DNA of 64,000 nucleotides from Candidatus Multivorans sp. (GTDB lineage Bacteria; Acidobacteriota; Thermoanaerobaculia; Multivoradales; Multivoraceae): NCBI GenBank assembly GCA_965203495.1, contig CBDBDB010000007.1, positions 324,959 to 388,958 of the forward strand, read 5' to 3'. Shown piece by piece: positions 38,520 to 49,888 of this stretch (position 1 is its first letter; each line of letters starts with the position of its first letter). The notes under the pieces were generated by a model. It saw only the letters and a program-made list of their open reading frames with translations, ran no database searches and was not told where the DNA came from. The position numbers and the translations under genes were made by a program.

Positions 38520-38837
38520 CTCCGTCACACTCAAGCCCAGGAACCCACGAATGCTCAACGAGTCCTGAGCACGCCAGGCGATCTCCCGCTCCGAATCCAG
38601 ACCCTCGAAGAAGCCCACCATCAACAACCGGAAGTACGTACCTGGAGGAAGACTCGGACGACCCATCCGCTCCGCGTAGAACCCCGCACACTCCGACTCG
38701 ACGAACTCGTCGAAACCGCTCGACTCCAGCACACGGTCCAAACGCTCGTAGAACGGATGGCCGGAACTCCGCGGCAGAGCCGATCCAGACACCCAGAGAA
38801 GCTCCTGATTCTCACGACGCCTTTTGCCCATAGCCAT
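38520..38837 (-). pseudogene. IS5/IS1182-family transposase N-terminal 106 aa fragment
   Basis: MAMGKRRRENQELLW...GLSVTEG continues as SPDHSTISRTRRL across the IS256 insertion plus its target-site duplication. Confidence 0.7.
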
Positions 38838-39025
38838 GAACCCATCCTATCGCATAGCCGAAACGGCGGACAGCCCGACTTTCACCACGGGCTGTTAGTC
38901 CTGTTTTGAGAAGAAAAACACCAAAGGCTGCGCATTCGCGTGCTATGGTGCCTTCTCTGCCGAGCCTGCGGCGCTTCGCCGGCCGCTCGCCGGGGAGTCA
39001 GGGAAAGCAAGCAAGGAGAGACGAG

Positions 39026-39225
39026 ATGACCAGGATCGACACGGGCATCGCCTCCATCGGACTCGATCTGCCTCCCCTGGCCATGCCGGTGGAAGAACTC
39101 GCGTTGCTCCGCGGCGTCGACCCTGACAAGTACCGCATCGGGCTGGGCTGCTCCGAGCTCTCCCTCTGTCCGCCGGAGTTCAGCATTGTCGACCTGGCCT
39201 CCGAGGCGGCTCGGCGCGCGAGAAT
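39026..39225 (+). pseudogene. HMG-CoA synthase (MvaS/PksG-like) N-terminal remnant
   Basis: MTRIDTGIASIGLDLPPLAMPVEELALLRGVDPDKYRIGLGCSELSLCPPEFSIVDLASEAARRA matches the HMGS N-terminus. SD AAGGAGA is present. Homology is lost after about 65 aa. Confidence 0.5.
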
Positions 39226-39312
39226 GAGAGTGACGCACGAACCCGAAACGATGCAGTCAGCGGCGGTTGCTCGGAAGGAAATGTCCCGCGCCGCGCGCAT
39301 GCGTCTCCCATA

Positions 39313-39325
39313 CCCCCCCCCCCCC
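39313..39325. repeat. Homopolymeric C13 tract
   Basis: It was counted directly in the sequence. It lies 32 bp upstream of the adhesin GTG start. Confidence 0.9.
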
Positions 39326-39462
39326 GAAATTCAGAATCCGGGTGCGGGGCTGATCCGGTGGGCCTCCTCGGGAGACCCACCCGCCGCCTGAGCGCGGCCC
39401 TCGCTGCCGTCTTCCTGCTGACCCTCGCCGCAGCGCTGGCCCCGCGGGCCGCGGAGGCGCAG

Positions 39463-40794
39463 GCGCCTGTGCTGACCACGGTCACTTCCACCTCCCTTGT
39501 CAGCGGTGCGAAGATCGACCTTACCTGGACCCATGCCGGGACGAGCGTTTCCGACTTCGTCAGCGGCGCCGCCATTTTCTACTATTGGGAACCCTCTTAT
39601 CGCCTCAAGGGCGCCGCCGCCTGGACGAACTCGAGCAACCCTTCCCGGACCGGAGGCACTGCACGGCGCACAGCGTCCGTTGTCCTGGGCGACGCGTATC
39701 CGAACGGTGCGGTGGTGCAGGTGCGGGTTCGAGCGGTGGGAACCGCCAGCGGCGGCGGCAACGTCAACGGCCCCTGGTCGAACACCCGCGAGGTCACGTA
39801 CAAGAACGACGATCTGGCCGCGCTGACGATCGTCGGCGCGCCGGTGACGGTGACGACGGGCTCGACGAAGACCTACACGGTGGCGCTCACCAAGGCGTTC
39901 GCGGGAACGCTCAGGATCACCAGCAGCGACACGACCAAGGCCACGGTGGAACCGGCCACGTTGACCTTCACCACGGAGAACTACAACACGGCGCAGACGG
40001 TTACGGTCACCGGCGTCGCTACCGGCGGCAGTCCCAAGATCAACCACGCCTTCCGGCTGACGGGCGCCAGCGCTGATGCGATACCGGACGCGGGCGCGGT
40101 GAGCGTGACCGTGGAGGCGCCCGCCGCGGCGCCTGTGCTGACCACGGTCACTTCCACCTCCCTTGTCAGCGGTGCGAAGATCGACCTTACCTGGACCCAT
40201 GCCGGGACGAGCGTTTCCGACTTCGTCAGCGGCGCCGCCATTTTCTACTATTGGGAACCCTCTTATCGCCTCAAGGGCGCCGCCGCCTGGACGAACTCGA
40301 GCAACCCTTCCCAGACCGGAGGCACTGCACGGCGCACAGCGTCCGTTGTCCTGGGCGACGCGTATCCGAACGGTGCGGTGGTGCAGGTGCGGGTTCGAGC
40401 GGTGGGAACCGCCAGCGGCGGCGGCAACGTCAACGGCCCCTGGTCGAACACCCGCGAGGTCACGTACAAGAACGACGATCTGGCCGCGCTGACGATCGTC
40501 GGCGCGCCGGTGACGGTGACGACGGGCTCGACGAAGACCTACACGGTGGCGCTGACCAAGGCGTATGCTGGCACGCTCAGGATCACCAGCAGTGACACGA
40601 CCAAGGCCACGGTGGAACCGGCGACCCTGACCTTCACCGCGGGCAACTACAACACGGCGCAGACGGTGACGGTCACCGGCGTTGCCGCGGGCGGCAGTCC
40701 CAAGATCAACCACGCCTTCCGCCTGACGGGCGCCAACGCCGACGCCATCCCCGACGCCGGCGACGTGAGCGTGACCGTGGAGGCGCCCGTCGCA
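39463..40794 (+). repeat. Tandem duplication, 2 x 666 bp (222-aa coding unit)
   Basis: Identical six-frame sub-ORFs are offset by 666 bp (for example 39497/40163). Confidence 0.85.
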
Positions 40795-42819
40795 GCGCCG
40801 GTGCTGATCTCCGACGCTGACAAGAGCGTCACGCTGCCGTCCGGCCAGAACACGGTGCAGGTTTGCTACAACCTGCTTTCGGTCTCCTATGACGGCACGA
40901 CCTATCTGGAGACGCGCAGCAGCCAAACCGCCGTGACTGCGCACAGTTCCCTCAGCGATGCCACCAACGGCGTCGAGATCACGACCGCGCCGACGGGCAT
41001 CAGCACCGGGCGCAACGTCAACCTCAATCCCTGCGTCAACCTCGGGGTCGGCCGGCACACCGTTACCTGGGAATGGAGCGGTCCCGACGGCGCCGCCTCG
41101 AAGGAGGGGACGACCTCGACCACGGTCACGGTTGTCAACGCGGATTCCCCTGTCCTCACCGCGACGGCCGGCGACGGGCAGGTGGTGCTGAACTGGACCT
41201 GGAGCGGGTCAGCATCCGGGCTTGCCGGATGAAGGTTCTCGAGACGCAGTGCATCCGAATTCAGCTCGCCACTGATTTCCGGTTCCGACGCTTCGACCAG
41301 GAGTCACACGGTAAGGGGCCTTGATAACGGCGCCGCCTACACATTCGGCGTTTGGGGAGTAGATGCTGACGGGGTCATTGTCGCGGGTACAAGCAGCAAC
41401 CTTGTCACCGCCACCCCGGTGGCGACCGCCGGGGTGACGGTCTCGACCGCCAGGCTGACGGTGTCTGAAGGCGGCAGCGACACCTACACGATGCGGCTGA
41501 ACACGGCGCCGTCGGACGCGGTGACGGTGACGGTGTCCGGCGCCTCGGGGGACGTGACGGTGGATCCGGAGAGCCTGACCTTCACGACCACCAACTACGC
41601 CGACCCGCAGACGGTGACGGTCAGTGCGGCGTCGGACGACGACGCGACTTCGGACGCGGCGGTGACGCTGACCCACGGCGCGACCGGCGGCGGCTACAAC
41701 GGAGTGACGATCGATTCGGTGACGGTGACGATCACCGAGACGACGCCGGTGTTGCAGTTGTCGACGGATCCGTCGGCGGTAACGGAAGGCACGGCGATCA
41801 GCCTGGAAGTGACGTCGGACAAGGCGATGACGGGGACGCTGCCGGTGAGCCTGACTCTGGCGGACCGGGGATCCAGCGGTTTCGCCTCGGACGACGTCCC
41901 GGGCACGCTGGGTCCGCGGACCTTCGATGCGGTCTTCGGGCAGACGGCCAGCCTGACGGGGATGGTGACGATTCAAACGAGCGCGGATTCGACGGCGGAA
42001 GGCGCGGAGACCTACCGGATCACGCTGAACGACGCCGCGGGCTACGAGCTGGGCTCGGACACGACGGCGGACGGCACGCTGAACGACGGCACGACGCCGA
42101 GCGTGACCGTGGCGCCGACGAAGCTGACGGTGGCGGAGGGCGGCAGCGCCACGTACACGGTGAAGCTGAACGCCGCGCCGTCCGGGAACGTGACGGTGAC
42201 GGTGTCCGGCGCTTCGGGCGACGTGACGGTGACGGGTTCGCCGCTGACGTTCACGGCGGAGAACTACGGCACGGCGCAGACGGTGACCGTGAGCGCGGCC
42301 CAGGACAACGACGCGGATACGGACCCGTCGGTGACGTTGACCCACGGCGCCTCCGGCGGCGCCTACAACGGGGTGACGATCGACTCGGTGGTGGTGACGA
42401 TCACGGAGGACGATGCGGTGGCGCCGCCGCCCTCCGAGCCGCCGTCTGCCGGGGCGCCTGGTCAGCCTGTGCTCGCCGGCATCGAGGGCGGGGACGGTCA
42501 GGTGACGCTGCGCTGGAGAGATCCCGAGGATTCGAGCATCACGGGCTGGGAGTACCGTCGCAAGGAAGGCGCCGGGGAGTACGGCGGATGGCTGGCCGTT
42601 CCGGGCGCGACGTCGGGGACGACGAGCTTGACGTTGACCGGTCTGCCCAACGACGTGGTTCACGCTCTCCAGCTTCGCGCGGTGAACGCTTCGGGCGCCG
42701 GCCCGGCCTCGGTGGAGGCGTCGGCGCGTACGACGGGTTCGTCCGGCGGCGGCCCTTCCGATCCTGCGCAGCCGTCCGATCCTGGCGGCGGCGGAGCAGG
42801 CGTCGGCGGCGGGCCCGCC

Positions 42820-44424
42820 CCGGGCGTGGCGATCTCGGCCGCTTCGCTGGCGCTGGAAGAAGGTTCGAGCGGCGAGTACACGGTCTTGCTGGAGACGGAA
42901 CCGTCGGGCGCCGTGACGGTGACGGTGTCGGGCGCATCGGGCGACGTGACGGTGGAACCGTCCAGCCTGACGTTCACGGCCGCGAACTGGAGCGAGGCTC
43001 GGACGGTGACCGTGTCGGCCGCCCACGACGCGGACGGGATCGTGGACCCCGAGGTGACGCTGACGCACTCGGCTTCGGGCGGCGACTACGACGGCGTGTC
43101 GATCGTTTCCGTCGCGGTGTCGGTGACGGAGGACGACACGCCGGGCGTGGCGATCTCGGCCGCTTCGCTGGCGCTGGAAGAAGGTTCGAGCGGCGAGTAC
43201 ACGGTCTTGCTGGAGACGGAACCGTCGGGCGCCGTGACGGTGACTGTGTCCGGCGCTTCCGGCGACGTAACGGTGGCGCCGTCGAGCCTGACGTTCACCG
43301 CCGCGGACTGGAACCAGGCGCGGACCGTGACGGTGTCGGCCGCCCACGACGCGGACGGGATCGTGGACCCCGAGGTGACGCTGACGCACTCGGCTTCGGG
43401 CGGCGACTACGACGGCGTGTCGATCGTTTCCGTCGCGGTGTCGGTGACGGAGGACGACACGCCGGGCGTGACGATCTCGGCCGCTTCGCTGATGCTGGAA
43501 GAAGGTTCGAGCGGCGAGTACACGGTCGTGCTGGAGACGGAACCGTCGGGCGCCGTGACGGTGACTGTGTCCGGCGCTTCCGGCGACGTGACGGCGGCGC
43601 CGTCGAGCCTGACGTTCACCGCCGCGGACTGGAACCAGGCGCGGACCGTGACGGTGTCGGCCGCCCACGACGCGGACGGGATCGTGGACCCCGAGGTGAC
43701 GCTGACGCACTCGGCTTCGGGCGGCGACTACGACGGCGTGTCGATCGTTTCCGTCGCGGTGTCGGTGACGGAGGACGACACGCCGGGCGTGGCGATCTCG
43801 GCCGCTTCGCTGGCGCTGGAAGAAGGTTCGAGCGGCGAGTACACGGTCGTGCTGGAGACGGAACCGTCGGGCGCCGTGACGGTGACTGTGTCCGGCGCTT
43901 CGGGCGACGTGACGGCGGTGCCGTCGAGCCTGACGTTCACCGCCGCGGACTGGAACCAGGCGCGGACCGTGACGGTGTCGGCCGCCCACGACGCGGACGG
44001 GATTGTGGACCCCGAGGTGACGCTGACGCACTCGGCTTCGGGCGGCGACTACGACGGCGTGTCGATCGTTTCCGTCGCGGTGTCGGTGACGGAGGACGAC
44101 ACGCCGGGCGTGACGGTTTCGGCCTCGGCGCTGACGGTGACGGAAGGTTCCAGCGGCGAGTACACGCTCGTGCTGGACACGTCGCCGTCGTCGTCGGTGA
44201 CGGTGTCGGTGTCCGGCGCTTCGGGCGACGTGACCGTGGAACCCTCCAGCCTGGCCTTCACGGCGGCGGACTGGGACGCGCCACGGACGGTGACGGTCGC
44301 GGTGGCCGAGGACGCGGACGCGTCGACGGAGCCGGCGGTGACGCTGAACCACGTCGCTTCGGGCGGCGGCTACGACGTGGTGTCGATCGCTTCGGTTGTG
44401 GTTACCCCGGTGGAGAACGACACG
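42820..44424 (+). repeat. Tandem coding repeats, 5 x 321 bp (107-aa Calx-beta-like unit; 4 near-identical + 1 divergent)
   Basis: Antisense sub-ORFs start at 43086, 43407, 43728 and 44049, offset by 321 bp. The protein repeat is PGVAISAASLALEEGSSGEYTV...EDDT. Confidence 0.85.
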
Positions 44425-46034
44425 CCGGAGGAAGTGGAGTCGCGGAAGGCGGACAAGGTGAACGACGCCGTGCTGCCCCACGTGGTGGAGGCTCTGGTCG
44501 GGATGGTTCCGGTGAAGGAACGGATCGAGGCGTCGCTGTTCGGCGGCGGGCTGCCTGGTCCGTCGGGCATGGCGTCCAGACGGCCGGACCTGGGCCGCTG
44601 GCGGGATCCGCACCTGCCGCCGGACCAGGCGGACCGGCAGCTTCGCGGAACGCTGGGCGGGCCGGCGTTCTTCAGCCTGCCGTTGGGCGGCAGCGGTGGC
44701 GACGACAGCGGCGCCGGCGGCTCTGCTTCCACGGCGGCGATCTGGGGCGGCGCGGAGGACGTGTCGTTCTCCGGTTCGGAAGACGACGCGTCGTGGACGG
44801 GCCAGTTGTCTTCGGCCCACGTCGGCGCCGACTTCCGGCTCCGCCCGGACCTGCTGCTCGGCGCGGCGCTGTCGCACTCCTGGGGCAGCACGAAGGCGCG
44901 GGCCGCGGACGTCGACGGTCTCGGTATCGACAGCCTCTACCGGGTGGACATGATGACGGTTCATCCGTACGCGGCGTGGTTCCGGGAGGACGGTTCGAAC
45001 CTGTGGGCGAGTCTGGGTCTGGGCCGGGGCGACATCCGCATCGAGCTGGACGGCGGCGCGTCGCGTTCGACCGACCTGTCGATGTCGAACGCGTCGGTCG
45101 GCGGTCGTCTGGTGGTGGCTGCGAGTCCGAAGTGGGTCGCCGGCGGCACGACGCGTTTCGCGGTCCGGGCCGAGGGCTCGTTGTCCGAGGCGAAGACCGA
45201 CGCGAAGGAGGGTCTGGCGAAGCTCGCGGTGGACACGAACCGGCTGCGGCTTGCCCTGGAGGGTTCGTACGCGCGGACGCTCGAAGGCGGCGGTACGCTG
45301 ACTCCGGCACTGGAGGCCGGCGTCCGCCACGACGGCGGCGACGTCGTCGCCGGCGCCGGCGTCGAGGTCGGCGCCAGCCTGATCTGGCAGAGCGGGAAAC
45401 GCGGCCTGACGATGGAACTGCGCGGTCGGACGCTGGTGGCGCACGAGAAGGACCGGGACGAGACGGCGGTCAGCGCTGTGCTGCGCCTCGACCCCGCCGC
45501 CGACGGTCTAGGCGCGTACCTCAGCGTGGCGCCGTCCTGGGGGGATGGCGGAGACCGGCATCGCGGGATGTTCGACGAACGATCGACCGCGGTCTGGACA
45601 CGCGGCGCCGCCGCCAGGCCCGAAGGCCGCATGGAGGCGGAGTTCGGCTACGGCTTCGCCGCCGTCTGGCTTGGCCCCCTGGGCGTGCTGACCCCCTACA
45701 GCCAGTTGTCGCTCGGCCAGCAGGGACAGGGAAATCTGCTGCTCGGCGCCCGCTACGCCCTCGACGCCGACACCACTCTCGCCCTCGGCATTCAGCGGCA
45801 ACAGGGACAGGCCGCCTCGCCCGACGTCCGACTCGAACTCTCCGGAACCATCCGCTGGTAGCGAGCCTGACGGTTGCGGAGGACGAACGGCCTGGCGCCG
45901 CCTCGCGGCCGCACGCGGCATCCCGCCCGGCGTGTGCGGGGGCGGCTGCGACGCTCGGGTAGTGCTCGGTCGTTGGTAGTCTCGCCTGCGCGCGGCTTCG
46001 GCTTGCGCTTCGAGCGCCGACGAACGAGCCCACG

Positions 46035-47312
46035 ATGCACTCCCGACCTACCCAGGCCGTGATCCTGGCCGGCGGCCGGGGCGGCCGCCTGGCGCCGCTG
46101 ACGGATACCCTGCCCAAGGCGTTGATTCCGTTCCACGGCAAGCCGTTCCTGGGCTACGTCGTCGACATGCTGCGCGAGCAGGGCTTCGAGCGCGTCCTGC
46201 TGCTGCTGGGTTATCGCGCCGAGGCGATGATCGACCACTTCGGCGACGGCTCGGCCTACGGCATGGACATCAGCCATCGCGTGACCGCCCCGGACGATCT
46301 GACGGCGCACCGGGTCAGGGACGCGGCGGATGCCCTGGATGACCTGTTCCTGCTCCTCTACTGCGACAACTACTGGCCGATGCGGTTCGATCGGATGTGG
46401 CGCGCCTGGGTCGACTCCGGGGCGGCCGCCCAGATCACGGTCTACGCGAACCGCGACGGCTACACCCGGGACAGCGTGATCGTGGGCGACGACGGCTTCG
46501 TCACCGTCTTCGACCGGGGCCGGACGACTCCGGGGCTCAGCGGCGTCGAGATCAGCTACGCGATCCTCCGCAAGGCGGCGGTGCTGCCCCTCCTTCCCGA
46601 GCGTCAGGAGCTGTTCGAGGAGGCGGTCTACCCGGCGCTGGCGGCGCGCGGGCAGCTGCACGCCTACTGGAGCGAGCACCGCTACTACAGCGTTGGCGGC
46701 CACGAGCGGCTGCCGCTGACCGAGGCGTTCCTGGCCCGAACGCCGACGATCGTCCTCGACCGCGACGGCGTGCTGAACGTCCGTCCGCCGCGGGCGGAGT
46801 ACGTCCGCCGGCCGGAGGACCTGCGCTGGCTGCCGGGCGCCCGCGAGGCGCTCGCCGCCTTCAACCGGGCCGGCTGGCGGGTGCTCGTCGCGTCGAACCA
46901 GCCGGGGGTCGCTCGCGGCCGGATGACGCTGGACGACCTGGAGGCGGTCCATCGCCGCCTGCGCGGCGACGCGGAGGCCGCGGGCGGACGGATCGACGGC
47001 ATCTATTTCTGTCCCCACGGCTGGGACGAGGGCTGCGACTGCCGCAAGCCGGCGCCGGGGATGCTGTACCAGGCGCAGCGCGATCATCACCTCGATCTGA
47101 CCCGCACGACGTTCCTCGGGGACGACGAGCGGGACGGCCGCGCGGCGGACGCGGCGGGTTGCCCGTTCGGCCTGGTGTCCGAGAGCGAGCCGCTGCTGGC
47201 GCACGCTGCGCGACTTCTCGGATCACCGTTCGTACGGCGGGCCGCGGACGACGAGTCCCGCGAGGCGGGTCCGGCCGCTTCGGCTGCCGCGGCGGGAGGC
47301 GCTTCACGGTGA
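46035..47312 (+). CDS. Bifunctional D-glycero-alpha-D-manno-heptose 1-phosphate guanylyltransferase / D,D-heptose 1,7-bisphosphate phosphatase (HddC-GmhB fusion)
   Basis: The N-terminal NTP-transferase motif [16 protein letters not shown] is present. The C-terminal HAD domain carries [10 protein letters not shown] and the GmhB zinc motif [18 protein letters not shown]. Confidence 0.75.
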   Translation: MHSRPTQAVILAGGRGGRLAPLTDTLPKALIPFHGKPFLGYVVDMLREQGFERVLLLLGYRAEAMIDHFGDGSAYGMDISHRVTAPDDLTAHRVRDAADALDDLFLLLYCDNYWPMRFDRMWRAWVDSGAAAQITVYANRDGYTRDSVIVGDDGFVTVFDRGRTTPGLSGVEISYAILRKAAVLPLLPERQELFEEAVYPALAARGQLHAYWSEHRYYSVGGHERLPLTEAFLARTPTIVLDRDGVLNVRPPRAEYVRRPEDLRWLPGAREALAAFNRAGWRVLVASNQPGVARGRMTLDDLEAVHRRLRGDAEAAGGRIDGIYFCPHGWDEGCDCRKPAPGMLYQAQRDHHLDLTRTTFLGDDERDGRAADAAGCPFGLVSESEPLLAHAARLLGSPFVRRAADDESREAGPAASAAAAGGASR

Positions 47313-48382
47313 GTTCACCCCGTCGTCCCGTCCTGATGACGGGACACCGCGGCTACCTCGGTTCGGTCATGGCGCCGTATCTGATGGAGCGCGGCTACGA
47401 CGTCGTCGGGCTCGATACGGGCTACTTCGACGACTGCGCGATCGCGGCGGACTCTGCGCCGGTTCCGTCGATCCGCAAGGACATCCGTGACCTGAAACCG
47501 GCCGACCTGCGCGCGTTCTACGCCGTGATCCACCTCGCCGCCCTCTCGAACGACCCGATCGGCAACCTGGACGAGACCTGGACCGACGAGATCAACCACC
47601 GTGCGTCCGTCCGCCTGGCCGAGCTGGCCCGCGCGGCCGACGCGCGCCGCTTCCTGTTCTCGTCGTCGTGCATCATGTACGGCCAGTCCAGCGTGGAAAC
47701 GGTGGACGAAACCTCGCCGCTCGACCCGCGCACCCTGTACGCGCGGTCCAAGGTCCGGAGCGAGGAGGCGATCCGGGAACTGGCGGTCGACGGCTTCTCG
47801 CCGACCTTCCTGCGCAACGGCACGGTGTACGGCTTGTCGCCGCGCATGCGCTTCGACACGGTGCTGAACGACCTGGCCGGCGCCGCATTCGCCAACCGGC
47901 GCGTCGTCGTCCACGGCGACGGCAGGCCGTGGCGGCCGGTCGTCCACATTGAGGACGTGGCGGAGGCGTTTGTCCGCGTGCTCGAAGCGCCGCTTTCCGC
48001 GGTCCACAACGAGGCCTTCAACACCGGCGCCGACCACCTGAACCACCGAGTGATCGAACTGGCCGAGATCGCGGCCGATCTCGTGCCTGGCTGCGAAGTC
48101 GAGGTGCGGGGCGAGCCCGGCGCCGACCGGCGCACCTACCGCGCCTCGTTCGAGAAGTTCGCCCGCGCGTTTCCGGACCTCGAGTTCCGGGACGCGGCCG
48201 GAGGCGCGAAGCGGTTGATCGAGGACTTTCGCCGCATCGGCCTCGACGCGGCGCTTCACGGCGACCCGCGCTTCGTTCGCCTGCGCTGGCTCGAGCGGCT
48301 GCTCGACTCGGGGCGGCTGGACGGATCGCTGCGCTGGTCCGCAGGCGCCGGCGAAGCAGACCCCGAGGACAAGGAACGATGA
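47309..48382 (+). CDS. NAD-dependent sugar epimerase/dehydratase (extended SDR)
   Basis: The Rossmann motif [12 protein letters not shown] is present. The catalytic YARSK is present. The GTG start overlaps the upstream TGA (GTGA). Confidence 0.7.
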   Translation: MSSPRRPVLMTGHRGYLGSVMAPYLMERGYDVVGLDTGYFDDCAIAADSAPVPSIRKDIRDLKPADLRAFYAVIHLAALSNDPIGNLDETWTDEINHRASVRLAELARAADARRFLFSSSCIMYGQSSVETVDETSPLDPRTLYARSKVRSEEAIRELAVDGFSPTFLRNGTVYGLSPRMRFDTVLNDLAGAAFANRRVVVHGDGRPWRPVVHIEDVAEAFVRVLEAPLSAVHNEAFNTGADHLNHRVIELAEIAADLVPGCEVEVRGEPGADRRTYRASFEKFARAFPDLEFRDAAGGAKRLIEDFRRIGLDAALHGDPRFVRLRWLERLLDSGRLDGSLRWSAGAGEADPEDKER

Positions 48383-48828
48383 TTCACGGCGTCAAGGTGG
48401 TTCCGCTTCGTCAGATCGTCGACGAGCGGGGCAAGATCATGCACATGCTGAAGGCCACGGACGAGCACTTTCTCGGCTTCGGCGAGATCTACTTCTCGAC
48501 CGCCTGGCCGGGAACGATCAAGGCCTGGCACATCCACCGGTCGATGACCGTCAACAACGCGGTGATCAGCGGCCGGGCCAAGCTCGTGATGTACGACCTG
48601 CGCGAGGACTCCCCGACCCGCGGCGAGCTCCAGGAAGTCTTCTTCGGCGAGGACAACTACGTTCTGGTCCAGATCCCGCCGGGGATCGCCAACGGCTACA
48701 AGGCGTACGGCGACAGGCAGGCGATCATGGCGAACGCCGCCACCGAGCCGCACGATCCGGGCGAGATGGAGCGCCTCGATCCCTTCACCGACCGGATTCC
48801 GTACGACTGGGACCTCCGGCACGGCTGA
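48379..48828 (+). CDS. RmlC-like cupin sugar 3,5-epimerase
   Basis: The 149-aa cupin carries [18 protein letters not shown]. The ATG overlaps the upstream TGA (ATGA). Confidence 0.6.
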   Translation: MIHGVKVVPLRQIVDERGKIMHMLKATDEHFLGFGEIYFSTAWPGTIKAWHIHRSMTVNNAVISGRAKLVMYDLREDSPTRGELQEVFFGEDNYVLVQIPPGIANGYKAYGDRQAIMANAATEPHDPGEMERLDPFTDRIPYDWDLRHG

Positions 48829-48850
48829 GGCGACGGGAACCCTCGCTGAC

Positions 48851-49858
48851 GTGGACGGTTCGCGCCTGATCGTCACCCGCACGCCGTTGCGGGTGTCCCT
48901 CGTGGGCGGCGGCACGGACCTGCCTGCCTTCTATCGACGCGAAGGCGGCGCCGTGCTCTCGACGACGATCGACCGCTACGTCTACGTCACGGTGAAGCGG
49001 CACAGCGAGCTGTTCTTCGAGCCGGTCCGCGTCAACTACTCCCGGAGCGAGCAGGTCGAGCGGATCGACGAACTGGAGAACAACATCGCGCGCGAGTGTC
49101 TTCGCTTCGTGGGCGTCGACCCGCCGGTCTACATCTCGACCGTGGGCGACGTGCCGGCGTCCACCGGCCTCGGCGGATCGAGCGCCTTTGCCGTCGGCCT
49201 GTTGAACGCGTTGCACTCCTACAAGGGCGAGCGCGCCTCGGCGGGTCAGTTGGCGGAGGAGGCCTGCCACATCGAGATCGACGCGCTGGGCGCGCGGATC
49301 GGCAAGCAGGACCAGTACGCGGCGGCCTACGGCGGGCTGAACCTGCTGTCGTTCAAGCCGGACGGCGGCGTGACCGTCGAGCACCTGCGGATTCCCGGCG
49401 ACCGGCTGCGCGAACTGTTCCGTTCGGTGCTCATGTTCTGGACCGGACATCAACGGGACGCGAGCGTGGTCCTCTCGGAGCAGGACGACCGCACCGAGTC
49501 GAACCTGGAATCGCTGCGCAGGATGCGGGACCAGGCGAGGGACCTGCACCGGGAACTCGGCGCCGGCGCCGTCGACGTCGAGGGCATCGGCCGGCTCCTC
49601 GACGAGGGCTGGCGGTTGAAGCGGGAACTCGCGGCCGCCATCACGACGCATCTGATCGACGGTTGGTACGACGCGGCCATGGCGGCCGGCGCCTTGGGAG
49701 GCAAGCTCTGCGGCGCCGGCGGCGGCGGTTTCCTGCTGTTTGTCGTGCCGCCCGATCGCCAGGCCGCGGTCCGCGCCGCGCTGGCCGACCTGTACGAACT
49801 GCCCGTCGGCCACGAGTCTCACGGATCGCAGCTTGTCGCTCCGTTTCACCATGGCTGA
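48851..49858 (+). CDS. hddA: D-glycero-alpha-D-manno-heptose 7-phosphate kinase (GHMP kinase)
   Basis: GHMP motifs PLRVSLVGGGTDLP and VPASTGLGGSSAFAVGL are present. The gene context includes hddC-gmhB. Confidence 0.75.
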   Translation: MDGSRLIVTRTPLRVSLVGGGTDLPAFYRREGGAVLSTTIDRYVYVTVKRHSELFFEPVRVNYSRSEQVERIDELENNIARECLRFVGVDPPVYISTVGDVPASTGLGGSSAFAVGLLNALHSYKGERASAGQLAEEACHIEIDALGARIGKQDQYAAAYGGLNLLSFKPDGGVTVEHLRIPGDRLRELFRSVLMFWTGHQRDASVVLSEQDDRTESNLESLRRMRDQARDLHRELGAGAVDVEGIGRLLDEGWRLKRELAAAITTHLIDGWYDAAMAAGALGGKLCGAGGGGFLLFVVPPDRQAAVRAALADLYELPVGHESHGSQLVAPFHHG

Positions 49859-49888
49859 CGTTGCGGCCGGATCCGTGCGAGGGGTCAG

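Larger units (their letters stand above)
35955..38905 (-). mobile_element. IS5/IS1182-family IS, disrupted by IS256 copy 3
   Basis: Inverted-repeat-like termini TAGCAGCCCGTGGCAAAAGTGG (left) and CCACGGGCTGTTAG (right, reverse complement TAACAGCCCGTGG) are present. The transposase is split into 38520-38837 (N-terminal part) and 36029-37072 (C-terminal part). Confidence 0.6.
39358..45861 (+). pseudogene. Giant autotransporter adhesin (signal peptide, FN3 and Calx-beta-like repeats, C-terminal beta-barrel) with single in-frame TGA at 41230
   Basis: ORFs 39358-41232 and 41419-45861 are in the same frame with no other stop codon. The TGA aligns with the Trp of the later ITGWEYRR FN3 motif. The C-terminal approximately 450 aa look like an autotransporter beta-barrel domain, ending in an aromatic residue (W). 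Confidence 0.65.

Noticed and set aside
39225-39357. Continuation of the hmgS-like ORF to 39391
   Set aside because: Homology to HMG-CoA synthase ends near 39225. The downstream residues run through the poly-C tract and are not HMGS-like.
39463-44424. CRISPR array
   Set aside because: The repeats are 321-bp and 666-bp coding units with no spacer structure.
41209-45962. 1411-aa antisense and 1124-aa off-frame ORFs within the adhesin gene
   Set aside because: They are repeat-driven open frames. The sense frame carries the signal peptide, the repeats and the beta-barrel.
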